Shown here one piece after another: positions 1-9,188 of a stretch of 40,000 nucleotides of DNA. The stretch is from an uncultured bacterium (GTDB lineage Bacteria > Pseudomonadota > Gammaproteobacteria > Burkholderiales > Burkholderiaceae_C). Made by a program: the position numbers and the translations under genes. The notes under the pieces are model-generated. The model saw only the letters and a program-made list of their open reading frames with translations, ran no database searches and was not told the DNA's origin. The stretch lies in assembly GCA_963779155.1 (NCBI GenBank), contig CAVZXE010000015.1:602744-642743 (forward strand). The letters are read 5' to 3'. Every line of letters begins with the position of its first letter. Position 1 is the stretch's first letter.

Positions 1-350
1 CGGCCGCGGTCGATGCGCAGCGCCACGCCCAGGCGAAGCTTGTCGCTGCTGAACAACTCGGCGCTGGCACCGGGCCCGCGCGGGTCTTGCGCGATGCCGA
101 GCACGGCGGCAGCGCCGCCGGTGCTCAAGCGAACCCGTCCGTACTGAAACGCCCAGACCGGGCGCGCCTGGAAGGAGTAGGCCGACGAGGTCGTGTTCGA
201 CGACATGCTGGTCGATGCGCCGAGGGCCAGCGTCGCATTCTCGGCCAGGTCCGCCAGCAGGTCGGCAGCCGGCGATGCGGGCGCCCAGGCCAGTGCCAGG
301 CAGCAGGTGGCGGTACGAATCGATGCTTTGCGGAATGCGGTTCGACCCAT
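1..350 (-). CDS. MipA/OmpV-like outer-membrane protein, N-terminal part (gene runs off the left edge)
   Basis: Absent from the ORF track because there is no stop in the window. Reverse-strand translation from the ATG at 350 gives MGRTAFRKASIRTATCCLALAWAPASPAADL (signal-peptide-like), then ...YSFQARPVWAFQYGRVRLSTGG...SSDKLRLGVALRIDRGR, open to position 1. The family call is from remembered motif resemblance only. Confidence 0.45.
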   Translation of the reverse strand, partial: MGRTAFRKASIRTATCCLALAWAPASPAADLLADLAENATLALGASTSMSSNTTSSAYSFQARPVWAFQYGRVRLSTGGAAAVLGIAQDPRGPGASAELFSSDKLRLGVALRIDRG

Positions 351-494
351 CGTCGGGTTCGAGGATAGCGGCCCCGGTCAACCGGAACATTGATCTGGCT
401 GCGCCTGCAGTGGCTTCTGTGCGACGAAGCGCACCGAGCCGTGCCGAAGCGGAAGGCCGTTTCAGGCAGCAGCGAGCAGTCAGCCGGCAGCGAC

Positions 495-760
495 GGTCTG
501 CATTCGCCCCATTGCAGACCTTGGTAGCGCCCGCTCCGCGGCCTGCCGGCATCGGCGCGGCAAGGCCGGGGCGGGCGGGCGCGGCGGCTTCACTGCGGCT
601 CCCTTCGCTTCGCTGCGGGTCCCCTGCGCTCCTCGCTCCGCGGGGCGGCTGCGATCACTCCGCAGCGCCGCTGGACGCGGCCCTGCATAGAGCGTTCTCG
701 CCGGTCCGACTGCGTCGGACTCCCCCCGCTGCGCTGCGGTGCTCGGCGCCGCACAGGCGC
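495..760 (+). repeat. Diverged copy 1 of a ~250-bp interspersed repeat (the same family as the two copies flanking the intron)
   Basis: It shares ordered blocks with copies 2 and 3: CCCATTGCAG (507-517), GGCGCGGCAAGGC (~553-568), GCTTCACTGCGG (~595-606), CTTCGCTTCGCTGCGGG (~611-629) and CTGCGATCACTCCGC (~647-663). The region is non-coding and the boundaries are approximate. Confidence 0.4.
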
Positions 761-967
761 CGCCGCACCCACCCGCCCCGGCCTTGTGGCAACGCAGGGC
801 TTTGCCTGCATGAATGCCCCCTGCCCCGGCCAAGGCGGTGGGCGAAGCGCGAGCGGCCTTGCCCACCGGCTTGCGCGCTCCGATCTCCGAGTGCCGGCTT
901 CGGGGTAAGCCGCGAAGGACCGCAACGGGCCGAGAGCGGACCAACGCGCGTCTTGGCTGGGGCTCTC

Positions 968-1822
968 CTACTCGCTGCGCACGCGCAGGAAGCTGGCGAA
1001 ACGAGGTACGCCGCTGGCGTTCAGGCCGATGTAGCGGTAGGTCACCTGGCTGCCGACGGGCGGCGGATCGCGTCGCTCGGCGTCGCTGAAGCCGCTGCCC
1101 AGGCTGAAGCGCAGGCCGCCCGGCGTCTGCACGAGCAGCGCGCCGAGCGCGCTCGCGTGCTTGCCCTTGCCGGGCAGGTGCGCGACGACGGTGGCCTCGG
1201 CGTCTTCGTAGGGCTTGAGCTTGAGCAGGTCGTCGCTGCGCTCGCCGCGGTAGAGCGAGTCGCCGCGATGCAGCACGAGCCCTTCGCCGCCGCCGTTGAC
1301 AGTCTTCTTCAACAGTGCCTTGAGTTCGGCGCGATCGACCACCTTGCGCTGCGCGACCGCTTGCACCCAGGCCACGTCCAGATCGGCCAGCAGCCGCTGA
1401 AGGGCTGGGATGCGTTCGTCGAACCGCCCCGGATGCGTCGGCAGGTCGAACACCATGTAGCGCATGCCGCGCCAGGCCGCGTCATCGGGGGTGGCGCGGG
1501 CCACGGTCGACTGCGCGACGTCGAAGCGCCCGCGGCCGGCCCACAGTTCGCCGTCGAGCGGCTGCTTCGGCCAACCGGCGGTGAACCAGGCCGGCACGGC
1601 GATGGCGCGTCCGCCGCGCGTGAGCAACTGCTGCCCGTCCCAGTAGCCGCGCACGCCGTCGTACTTCTCGCTCACCCAGTAGTCGGCCAGGCGGACGTCG
1701 CCGCGATACACCTTGGCCAGCATCAGCGACGGCGGCGGCGTGTCGGCCGCACGGGCCGGCAGCAACGGCAGCAGGCCCAGCGCGAGGAGCAGGGCACGGC
1801 GTCGGAAGCGGGGTTCTTGCAT
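968..1822 (-). CDS. Minimal ATP-dependent DNA ligase with N-terminal signal peptide (Lig E-type, predicted periplasmic)
   Basis: 284 aa. The adenylation motif I is present as SEKYDGVRGYWDG (KxDG). The size fits a nucleotidyltransferase plus OB-fold architecture only. The N-terminus MQEPRFRRRALLLALGLLPLLPARA|AD looks like a Sec signal with an AxA cleavage site. Confidence 0.85.
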   Translation of the reverse strand: MQEPRFRRRALLLALGLLPLLPARAADTPPPSLMLAKVYRGDVRLADYWVSEKYDGVRGYWDGQQLLTRGGRAIAVPAWFTAGWPKQPLDGELWAGRGRFDVAQSTVARATPDDAAWRGMRYMVFDLPTHPGRFDERIPALQRLLADLDVAWVQAVAQRKVVDRAELKALLKKTVNGGGEGLVLHRGDSLYRGERSDDLLKLKPYEDAEATVVAHLPGKGKHASALGALLVQTPGGLRFSLGSGFSDAERRDPPPVGSQVTYRYIGLNASGVPRFASFLRVRSE

Positions 1823-1991
1823 GGCGCGGGCGGGCGAGTGGTGCCTCCGGGCACTCTATCAGCCGGGGCCGCCGATCGCACCGTCGTTCCGCGACAATTG
1901 GCGCGCGAGCCCGCCGGGCCGCCCGCAGCACCGAAGCGGGGCCTGCGGCTTCCGCGGCGACAGGCGGCGCTCGCGGCATGAAAGGGCCCCG

Positions 1992-4736
1992 ATGAGCGAG
2001 AAGCTGATGCTGCTGGTGGACGGTTCGAGCTACCTCTACCGCGCCTACCACGCGCTGCCCGACCTGCGCGGCCCGGACGGCTTTCCGACCGGTGCGCTGC
2101 ACGGCTTCGTCGCGATGATGAAGCGCCTGCGCGAGCAGTTCCCGGCCGAGCACGCGGCCTGCGTGTTCGACGCCAAGGGCCCGACCTTTCGCGACGACTG
2201 GTACGCCGAGTACAAGGCCCACCGCGCGCCGATGCCCGAGCCGCTGGTGCAGCAGATCGAGCCCATCCACGAGGTGGTGCGGCTGCTCGGCTGGATGGTG
2301 CTCGAAGTGCCCGGCATCGAGGCCGACGACGCGATCGGCACACTGGCGCGCGTGGCCGCGGCGAGCGGCCACCGGGTGCTGATCTCCACCGGCGACAAGG
2401 ACTTGGCGCAGCTCGTCGATGCGAACGTCACGCTGATCAACACCATGACCAACGAGCGGCTCGACGTGGCCGGTGTGCAGGAGAAGTTCGGCGTACCGCC
2501 CTCCGCGATCGTCGACTACCTGACGCTGGTGGGCGACAGCGTGGACAACGTGCCCGGGGTCGAGAAGGTGGGCCCGAAGACGGCCGTGAAGTGGATCGCC
2601 GAGTACGGCTCGCTCGACGGCGTGATCGCCGCGGCCGCCACGGTCAAGGGCGCCATTGGCGAGAACCTGCGCAAGGCGCTGGCCTGGCTGCCGCAGGGGC
2701 GGCGGCTCGTCACGGTGGTGACCGACTGCGACCTGTCGGCGCAGGTGCCCGGCTGGCCGGCGCTCGAAGCGCTGCACTTCCTGCCGATCGACCGCGACGG
2801 GCTGCTGGGCTTCTTCGACCGCTACGGCCTGAAGACCTTCCGCAGGGAGTTGCTGGCCACCGACCCGGCGCCCGCGGCGGCTGCAGAGGCGCCGTTGAGC
2901 GTGGCACCGGCACCGGTGGCCGGCGTCTCCGACCTGCGCTACGACACCGTGCTGACGCTCGAGGCGCTGGGCGCGTGGATCGCGAAGATCGAAGCCGCGC
3001 CGCTGACGGCGCTCGACACCGAAACCGATTCGCTCGACGCGATGCAGGCGCAGCTGGTGGGCATCTCGCTTTCCGTCGCGCCCGGCGAGGCGGCCTACAT
3101 CCCGCTGCGCCACAGCTACGCCGGTGCGCCCGACCAGCTCGCCGTGGCCGACGTGCTGGCACGCCTGCAACCCTGGCTCGAAGACGCTTCCAAGGCCAAG
3201 CTCGGCCAGAACATCAAGTACGACACCCACGTCTTCGCCAATACCGGCATCGAAGTGCGCGGCTACGTGCACGACACCATGCTCGAGAGCTACGTGCTCG
3301 AAGCGCACAAGGCGCACGGCCTGGAAAGCCTGGCGCTGCGCCACCTGAACCGCACAGGCCTGAGTTACGAAGACCTGTGCGGCAAGGGCGTGAACCAGAT
3401 CCCGTTCGCGCAGGTGGACATCGAACATGCGGCGCGCTATTCCGGCGAGGACAGCGAGATGTGCCTGCACGTGCACCGCGCGCTGTGGCCGCAGATCGAG
3501 GCCGAGGCCGGCCTGCGCTTCGTCTACGAACACATCGAGATGCCCACTGCCGCCGTGCTGGCGCGCATCGAGCGCAACGGCGTGCTGATCGACAGCGCGC
3601 TACTCGCCACGCAGAGCCGCGAGCTGGCCGAACGCATGCTGGCGCTCGAAGCCGAGGCCCACGCGCTGGCCGGCCAGCCGTTCAACCTGGGCTCACCGAA
3701 GCAGATCGGCGAGATCCTGTTCGGCAAGCTGGGGCTCCCGGTGGGCCGCAAGACGGCCAGCGGCGCGCCCTCCACCGACGAGGCCGAGCTGGAGAAGCTG
3801 GCGGCCGACTTCCCGCTGCCGGCCAAGCTGCTCGAGCACCGCGGGCTTTCCAAGCTGAAGGGCACCTACACCGACAAGCTGCCGCTGATGGTGAACCCCG
3901 CCACCGGCCGCGTGCACACCAACTACGCGCAGGCGGTGGCGGTGACGGGGCGGCTTTCCAGCAACGACCCGAACCTGCAGAACATCCCGATCCGCACGCC
4001 CGAGGGCAGGCGCGTGCGCGAGGCCTTCATCGCGCCGCCGGGGCACTCGATCGTGAGCGCAGACTACTCGCAGATCGAGCTGCGCATCATGGCCCACATC
4101 AGCGGCGACGAAGGGCTGCTGCGCGCCTTCGCCGAAGGCATCGACGTGCACCGCGCCACGGCGAGCGAGGTCTTCGGCGTGCCGGTGCCCGAGGTGAGCA
4201 GCGAGCAGCGGCGCTATGCCAAGGTCATCAACTTCGGCCTCATCTACGGCATGGGCGCGTTCGGCCTGGCCAGCAACCTCGGCATCGAGCAGAAGGCCGC
4301 ACGCGACTACATCGACCGCTACTTCGCGCGCTACCCCGGCGTGAAGCGCTACATGGACGAGACCAAGCGCGAAGCCGCCGAGCGCGGCTACGTCGAGACG
4401 ATGTTCGGCCGCCGCATCGTCCTGCCCGAGATCAAGGGCGGCAACGGCCCGCGCCGCGCTGGTGCCGAGCGCCAGGCCATCAACGCGCCAATGCAGGGCA
4501 CGGCGGCCGACCTGATCAAGCTGGCGATGATCGCGGTGCAGAAGACCCTGGACGACGAGCGCCGCGCGACGAAGATGGTGATGCAGGTGCACGACGAACT
4601 GGTGTTCGAGGTGCCGGAGGCCGAACTCGACTGGGCGAAGGTGGAAGTGCCGAGGATCATGGCCGGCGTGGCGGCGCTGAAGGCGCCGCTGCTGGCGGAG
4701 GTGGGGGTGGGGCGGAATTGGGACGAGGCGCATTGA
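1992..4736 (+). CDS. polA: DNA polymerase I
   Basis: The true start is the ATG at 1992 (MSEKLMLLVDGSSYLYRAYHA, 5' nuclease), internal to track ORF 1713..4736. The 3'-5' exonuclease motif is ALDTETDSLD. Polymerase motif A is DYSQIELR, motif B is RRYAKVINFGLIYGM, and motif C is QVHDELVFE. Confidence 0.97.
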   Translation: MSEKLMLLVDGSSYLYRAYHALPDLRGPDGFPTGALHGFVAMMKRLREQFPAEHAACVFDAKGPTFRDDWYAEYKAHRAPMPEPLVQQIEPIHEVVRLLGWMVLEVPGIEADDAIGTLARVAAASGHRVLISTGDKDLAQLVDANVTLINTMTNERLDVAGVQEKFGVPPSAIVDYLTLVGDSVDNVPGVEKVGPKTAVKWIAEYGSLDGVIAAAATVKGAIGENLRKALAWLPQGRRLVTVVTDCDLSAQVPGWPALEALHFLPIDRDGLLGFFDRYGLKTFRRELLATDPAPAAAAEAPLSVAPAPVAGVSDLRYDTVLTLEALGAWIAKIEAAPLTALDTETDSLDAMQAQLVGISLSVAPGEAAYIPLRHSYAGAPDQLAVADVLARLQPWLEDASKAKLGQNIKYDTHVFANTGIEVRGYVHDTMLESYVLEAHKAHGLESLALRHLNRTGLSYEDLCGKGVNQIPFAQVDIEHAARYSGEDSEMCLHVHRALWPQIEAEAGLRFVYEHIEMPTAAVLARIERNGVLIDSALLATQSRELAERMLALEAEAHALAGQPFNLGSPKQIGEILFGKLGLPVGRKTASGAPSTDEAELEKLAADFPLPAKLLEHRGLSKLKGTYTDKLPLMVNPATGRVHTNYAQAVAVTGRLSSNDPNLQNIPIRTPEGRRVREAFIAPPGHSIVSADYSQIELRIMAHISGDEGLLRAFAEGIDVHRATASEVFGVPVPEVSSEQRRYAKVINFGLIYGMGAFGLASNLGIEQKAARDYIDRYFARYPGVKRYMDETKREAAERGYVETMFGRRIVLPEIKGGNGPRRAGAERQAINAPMQGTAADLIKLAMIAVQKTLDDERRATKMVMQVHDELVFEVPEAELDWAKVEVPRIMAGVAALKAPLLAEVGVGRNWDEAH

Positions 4737-4986
4737 GCAGGGTGAATGCGATGCTCTTTGTGCATGGCGGCGTGGGATGGACGGCGGTCGACGACAGCTT
4801 CGATGTCGCGGATGGGGATGGCGCCGACGATCAGCGGTGCCCGCCATGCCATCCGGATATGCCGGCAGAATGGAGCCGCTAACCGGCTACGAGCGCAGAA
4901 GTGCTGTCGAAAGCACGCTGGGGAGATAAGACACATCACTTGATGTGGAGACCTTGGTCTTGGCACTCCAGATCATGGAGACTCGA

Positions 4987-5568
4987 ATGAGAAAGCTCAG
5001 ACTCATCGAACACATCTCGCTGGACGGCGTGATCCAGCACTCCGCAGATGACGGCGATTTCCCCTACAGCGACTGGACCGCGGCTTATCGGACCCCCGCT
5101 GGCCGGGACGCAATGCTCGCCGCATACGGCGGGAGCTTCGATCTGCTGCTGGGCCGTCGCACCTACGACATCTGGTCGGGCTTCTGGCCAAAAGCGCCGA
5201 GCAGTCCGATGGCGGACGGCCTCAATGCGGCAACCAAATTTGTCGCAACTCACCGTCCGGAAAGTCTTGAATGGGGCCCGTTCGAGGGCCTTGGGCCGGA
5301 CATCATCGAGGGCATTCGCCGCATCAAGTCGCAGGACGGCCCGGACCTGGTCCTTTCGGGGAGCTCCACGCTGACATGGACGCTCCTTGAACATGGGCTT
5401 GCGGATGAAGTCCGGCTGGCCGTCTATCCGGTCCTGTTGGGCACGGGGAAGCGCTTCTTTGCTGAGGGAACCCCGGCACGCTCATTCGAGTTCGTCAGCA
5501 CGAATGCACTTCCGTCCGGCATCATCTTCAGTACTTACAAGGTTGCCCAGCCTTTGAAGACCGGATAG
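4987..5568 (+). CDS. Dihydrofolate reductase-family protein (RibD C-terminal domain-like)
   Basis: The sequence reads MRKLRLIEHISLDGVIQ...LLLGRRTYD...LVLSGSSTL...LAVYPVLLGTGKRFF. I chose the internal ATG at 4987 because family members start MRKL...; ORF 4945 is the longest option. Confidence 0.7.
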   Translation: MRKLRLIEHISLDGVIQHSADDGDFPYSDWTAAYRTPAGRDAMLAAYGGSFDLLLGRRTYDIWSGFWPKAPSSPMADGLNAATKFVATHRPESLEWGPFEGLGPDIIEGIRRIKSQDGPDLVLSGSSTLTWTLLEHGLADEVRLAVYPVLLGTGKRFFAEGTPARSFEFVSTNALPSGIIFSTYKVAQPLKTG

Positions 5569-5728
5569 TCCGACGACGCGACATCTTCGGTGAACACCGG
5601 AACGCAGTCATCGAGCGCGCATGAACGATCTGCTTGAGGCGATTGAGGCCGTGTCGGAGATCGAGTCTGCACTCGCGCAGCCGGAATGCCATCGGCGGCA
5701 GAATGTGCGCAAGGGAGGTGAAATCGCC

Positions 5729-6118
5729 ATGATTCAAGGATCCTGTCTCTGCGGCCGGGTGCACTGGCAGTTCGAGGGCCAGCCCGACGGCGCCACCGCC
5801 TGCAATTGCACGGCGTGCCGGCGCTATGGCGTGCTCTGGGCCTACGACTACGAAGGTGAGGGCATCCAGGTCTCGGGCCCGACGCAGGCCTATGTCCGGG
5901 GGACGGCGCTCGAGTTTCACTTCTGCCCGGCCTGCGGCTGCGTGGCGTTCTGGCGTGGACTGCAGAAGGATGACCAAGGACGCATCCGCATCGCGGTGAA
6001 CCTGCGTCTTGCCGAACCGGAAGCCGTGGCGCAAATCCCGATCGACCACTTCGACGGACTCGTCACCTTCGACGACCTGCCGCGGGACGGCCGCTGCGTG
6101 GCCGACTACTGGTTCTAG
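5729..6118 (+). CDS. GFA family (glutathione-dependent formaldehyde-activating/CENP-V-like) zinc protein
   Basis: Cys motifs are present: MIQGSCLCGRVHW, ACNCTACRR and FCPACGC. I chose the internal ATG at 5729; the 36 codons upstream in the track ORF look non-homologous. Confidence 0.7.
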   Translation: MIQGSCLCGRVHWQFEGQPDGATACNCTACRRYGVLWAYDYEGEGIQVSGPTQAYVRGTALEFHFCPACGCVAFWRGLQKDDQGRIRIAVNLRLAEPEAVAQIPIDHFDGLVTFDDLPRDGRCVADYWF

Positions 6119-6205
6119 GGCCGTGCCAGCGCTCGGCGGCCCGACACACCGCTCGCTCGCTCTGGCAGGCTTACCCATCGAACAGCCATCCCGGAGCCGC
6201 CCCCC

Positions 6206-6562
6206 ATGCCGTTTGCGACGCACGAGGACTATTTCGCCACGGTCGATGCCGAGGCCGGTAAGCGCTTGCGGCAGATCCAGGCCGAGGTCGAGCGTCGCGT
6301 TCCGGGCGCCGTGCGCTGCATCGGCTACAACATGCCGTCGTTCAGGCAGCAGCGGATCTTCTTCTACTTTGCCGCGTTCAAGAAGCACATCGGCGTCTAT
6401 CCGCCGGTCATCAAAGACCCGGCGGTCGTGCTGGAGACGCAGCGATACCGCGGCCCGAAGGGTAACCTGTCGTTCCCTCACGACGAGCCCTTGCCCGTCG
6501 AACTGATCGGCCGTGTGGCCGCCGCACTGGCCGCCCAGTTGCAACCACGAAAGGAGACTTGA
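6206..6562 (+). CDS. DUF1801 (YdhG-like) domain protein
   Basis: 118 aa, with ...AVRCIGYNMPSFRQQRIFFYFAAFKKHIGVYP... typical of the family. GC3 bias supports the frame. Confidence 0.6.
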   Translation: MPFATHEDYFATVDAEAGKRLRQIQAEVERRVPGAVRCIGYNMPSFRQQRIFFYFAAFKKHIGVYPPVIKDPAVVLETQRYRGPKGNLSFPHDEPLPVELIGRVAAALAAQLQPRKET

Positions 6563-6564
6563 AC

Positions 6565-7011
6565 ATGCCCACCGGAACCGTCCGACTGCATCGCGTGCTG
6601 CGCGCCCCGCCCGAACGTGTCTACCGCGCGTTTCTGGAGCCCGACGCCCTGGCCAGGTGGATACCGCCCTACGGCTTCACCTGCAAGGTGCACCACATGG
6701 ACGCCCGGGTCGGCGGCACGTTCAGGATGTCGTTCGCCAACTTCGGCACCGGCAACGGCCACGCCTTCGGCGGCGTGTACCTGGAACTCGTCCCCAACGA
6801 GCGCCTCCGCTACACCGACAAGTTCGACGACCCCAACCTGGCTGGCGAAATGCAGGTGACGGTGGTGCTGACCAAGGTGTCCTGCGGCACCGACATCGCC
6901 ATCGTGCAGGAAGGGGTGCCGGAAGTGATTCCGCTCGAGATGTGCTACCTGGGTTGGCAGGAGTCGCTCGCCCAGTTGGCCACCCTCGTCGAGCCCGACA
7001 TTCCGGGCTAG
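6565..7011 (+). CDS. SRPBCC superfamily / AHSA1 (Aha1-like) domain protein
   Basis: RLHRVLRAPPERVYRAFLEPDALARWIPP...GGTFRMSF...ERLRYTDKFDD. The ATG at 6565 sits 8 nt after the AAGGAG at 6551-6556. The track start at 6559 is a TTG overlapping the upstream stop. Confidence 0.7.
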   Translation: MPTGTVRLHRVLRAPPERVYRAFLEPDALARWIPPYGFTCKVHHMDARVGGTFRMSFANFGTGNGHAFGGVYLELVPNERLRYTDKFDDPNLAGEMQVTVVLTKVSCGTDIAIVQEGVPEVIPLEMCYLGWQESLAQLATLVEPDIPG

Positions 7012-7047
7012 GCAGGCGGTGCCCGGCGCGGTGGACAGGGCCGTTGA

Positions 7048-7464
7048 ATGGATTACCAGCTTCACGCCATGCACATCCGCAGCATCGAGGCCGCCGAGGT
7101 CGAGGCGGCTCGCGCGCTGCTCCAGGCCAACGGCTGGGGCGCTCGCGTGGCCGACGCGGCCACGTTCGCGGAACTCGTACGCCGTTCGCAGATCGCCCTC
7201 GTCGCGGTCGAGGCGGGGCACGTCGTCGGCTTCCTGCGCGCGCTGACCGATGACCTTTTCAACGGCTACATCTCGATGGTCGTCGTCGCCGAGGCGCACC
7301 GAGGTCGCGGCGTCGGCACGGCGCTCGTCAGGCGGGCGATGGGCGACAACGGCCAAATGACCTGGGTGCTCCGCGCCGGCAGAGCCGGCGTTGCCGCGTT
7401 CTACGAGAAGCTGGGCTTCACGGTCTCGCAGGTGGCGATGGAGCGGCCCGGCCAGCGCGATTGA
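7048..7464 (+). CDS. GNAT family N-acetyltransferase
   Basis: The acetyl-CoA motif is [19 protein letters not shown], followed by FYEKLGF near the C-terminus. Confidence 0.8.
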   Translation: MDYQLHAMHIRSIEAAEVEAARALLQANGWGARVADAATFAELVRRSQIALVAVEAGHVVGFLRALTDDLFNGYISMVVVAEAHRGRGVGTALVRRAMGDNGQMTWVLRAGRAGVAAFYEKLGFTVSQVAMERPGQRD

Positions 7465-7500
7465 GTCCGCGCCACACGGAACACCCACGTGCCGACGCCG

Positions 7501-7986
7501 ATGAACATTCCTGCCCACATCGCCCCTTTCTGGCAGTCGTTCGTCCGGACCCGGACGGTGGACCCCACGCCGCGCTTCTTCGAGGCCTTCCACTTCGACG
7601 ACAACGAGCGCAGCGCGAACGCGCTGGCCCGGCTGGTGCTCGCGGGCGCGAAGCGGGCAAGCGCCGGCCTCGTGTGGTCGTTCGAGAACGCCTTGGTGCC
7701 ATTGCCGCGCGTCGGCGACCTGAGCGTCGTGACCGACTGGGCGAAGACGCCGCTGTGCGTCATCGAGACGCAGCGGGTCGACATCGTGCCCTACGACGAG
7801 GTGTCCGCCGAGTTCGCTGCCACCGAAGGCGAGGGCGACGGTTCGCTGCGCTACTGGCGCGATGTGCACTGGGCCTACTTCGGCCGCGAGTGCCAGCGCA
7901 TCGGGCGCGTCAGCGGCCCGAAGATGCCAGTCGTGTGCGAGCGCTTCGAAGTGGCGTTTCGCGCCGGGCCCGGGGCCGGTGACTGA
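7501..7986 (+). CDS. ASCH domain protein
   Basis: FWQSF...FHFDDNERSANALARLVLAGAKRASAG...DEVSAEFAATEGEGDGSLRYWRDVHWAYF. The ATG at 7501 is preferred over the GTG at 7489. Confidence 0.6.
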   Translation: MNIPAHIAPFWQSFVRTRTVDPTPRFFEAFHFDDNERSANALARLVLAGAKRASAGLVWSFENALVPLPRVGDLSVVTDWAKTPLCVIETQRVDIVPYDEVSAEFAATEGEGDGSLRYWRDVHWAYFGRECQRIGRVSGPKMPVVCERFEVAFRAGPGAGD

Positions 7987-8079
7987 CGGCGGCAGCCGGC
8001 GCGATCTCAAGATCGCGGCGCGCCGGCCGAAGACCCGGCAAGCCACCACCGCGCCCGGACTGCCCGGCGCCGCCCGACC

Positions 8080-8481
8080 ATGACAACGACGCTGCTTTGG
8101 ATTCTTCCCGCCCTCGTGGCGCTGGCCGCCGGCTGGTTCGCCAGCGCGTGGTTTCACCAGCGCAAGATCGCCGCGCTGGTGGCCCAGCACAAGGCGGCCC
8201 GCCAGACCGAGGCCGAGCGTGCCGGCCAGGTGAGGCGGCAGATCGCCCAGCTCCAGGCCGAACTGGCCGCGCGGCCACCGGCGCGATCGGCGCCGGCATC
8301 CGCCACGGCCGCGCGCGACCCCCGCGCCGATGCCGCGGCTGCAGCGGCCGAGGCGGCCGCGGCGCGCCGCGCGCTGGTCGACAAGCTCGTGCCCGACCAC
8401 GGCTTTGCGCAGACGGCGATCGCCACCAGCGGCTTCGCGTCGACCGAGGTCATGGCCACGGCGCCCGGCGCCTTGCGCTGA
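8080..8481 (+). CDS. Hypothetical membrane-anchored Ala-rich coiled-coil protein
   Basis: There is a single N-terminal TM segment (LLWILPALVALAAGWFASAWF) followed by low-complexity Ala/Arg/Gln sequence. I recognise no family, and coding status is uncertain. Confidence 0.35.
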   Translation: MTTTLLWILPALVALAAGWFASAWFHQRKIAALVAQHKAARQTEAERAGQVRRQIAQLQAELAARPPARSAPASATAARDPRADAAAAAAEAAAARRALVDKLVPDHGFAQTAIATSGFASTEVMATAPGALR

Positions 8482-8684
8482 CGGCGGCAGTGCCTTCCGC
8501 GCGCGCCGTCCCCGGTCCGCGATCACCGCGCGCCGACTCGCGACGCGGCGCGACCCGTCGCCCGTTCGGCGTCAGCAGGCCGGGGCCGGCCTGACCCCGG
8601 TGCCCGACACCTGCAACGCCTTCGCCGGCGGGGTCGGCCTCGGCATCGGCGCGGCGTGGCCCACGGCGGACGCGGGGTCGTCGC

Positions 8685-9150
8685 CGAGTCGACCACCACG
8701 CGAAAGCGCCCCGGCCACGGCACGGGCGAGCGCTCGGGCAGCGGCAGCCCGAGGCGCTCGGCGCCGGCGAACGCGGGCTCGGAGTCGGCGTCAAGCAGCG
8801 CGTAGCGGTCGATGAAGCGGTCCAGGGTCGCCGGGATGCGGATGCAGCCCTACGAGTCGGGGCGCTCCAGGCGTGGCTCCAGCTTGTCGGGGTCGGTGGC
8901 GTGCATCTGTAGCCGCATCGGGCTGCGCCCGCCGGCGCCCCCAGGTGCGGTCGGCGACGACCCACCCGAAGGCGAGCACGCGCATGCCGCGCAACCCGTC
9001 GCCGCGGAGGCCGTTCTCGTTGAACGTGCCCTCGGCGCGGAAGTCGGGGTTGTCCAGCGTGTGCGCGAACACACCCAGCGGCGTCAGGAAGTGGTCGACG
9101 CGGCCGGCGCTGCCTGTCGTCACCGGCGCTGGCGCGACTTTGCCGAGTTG
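8685..9150 (-). pseudogene. L,D-transpeptidase (YkuD-fold) gene remnant: 5'-truncated, frameshifted, with an in-frame TAG in the catalytic motif
   Basis: Frame A reads ...KVAPAPVTTGSAGRVDHFLTPLGVFAHTLDNP...GMRVLAFGWVVADRTWG. Homology then continues only after a +1 shift near 8925-8935 as GGRSPMRLQMHATDPDKLEPRLERPDS-TAG-GCIRIPATLDRFIDRYALLD...WPGRFRVVVDS. The TAG at 8850-8852 sits where the residue before the catalytic GC(I/V)R cysteine motif should be. There is no room for an N-terminal domain before the neighbouring gene's stop at 9189. Confidence 0.55.
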
Positions 9151-9188
9151 CGGGCCCGACCTGACACGGGGCCATCGGTCGCCCGTGA

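Noticed and set aside
338-350. A T-loop-like GGTTCGACCC that might indicate a tRNA
   Set aside because: No acceptor or anticodon stems can be drawn around it. It lies at the start codon of the MipA-like gene.
215-3533. Long ORFs 215..1981 (+), 1482..3533 (-) and 2591..4882 (+)
   Set aside because: They overlap the ligase and polA in wrong frames or strands. They are Arg/Pro/Ala-rich with no motifs.
6478-8526. A 682-aa minus-strand ORF across 6.5-8.5 kb
   Set aside because: It is antisense to four well-supported small + strand genes and has no recognisable domains.
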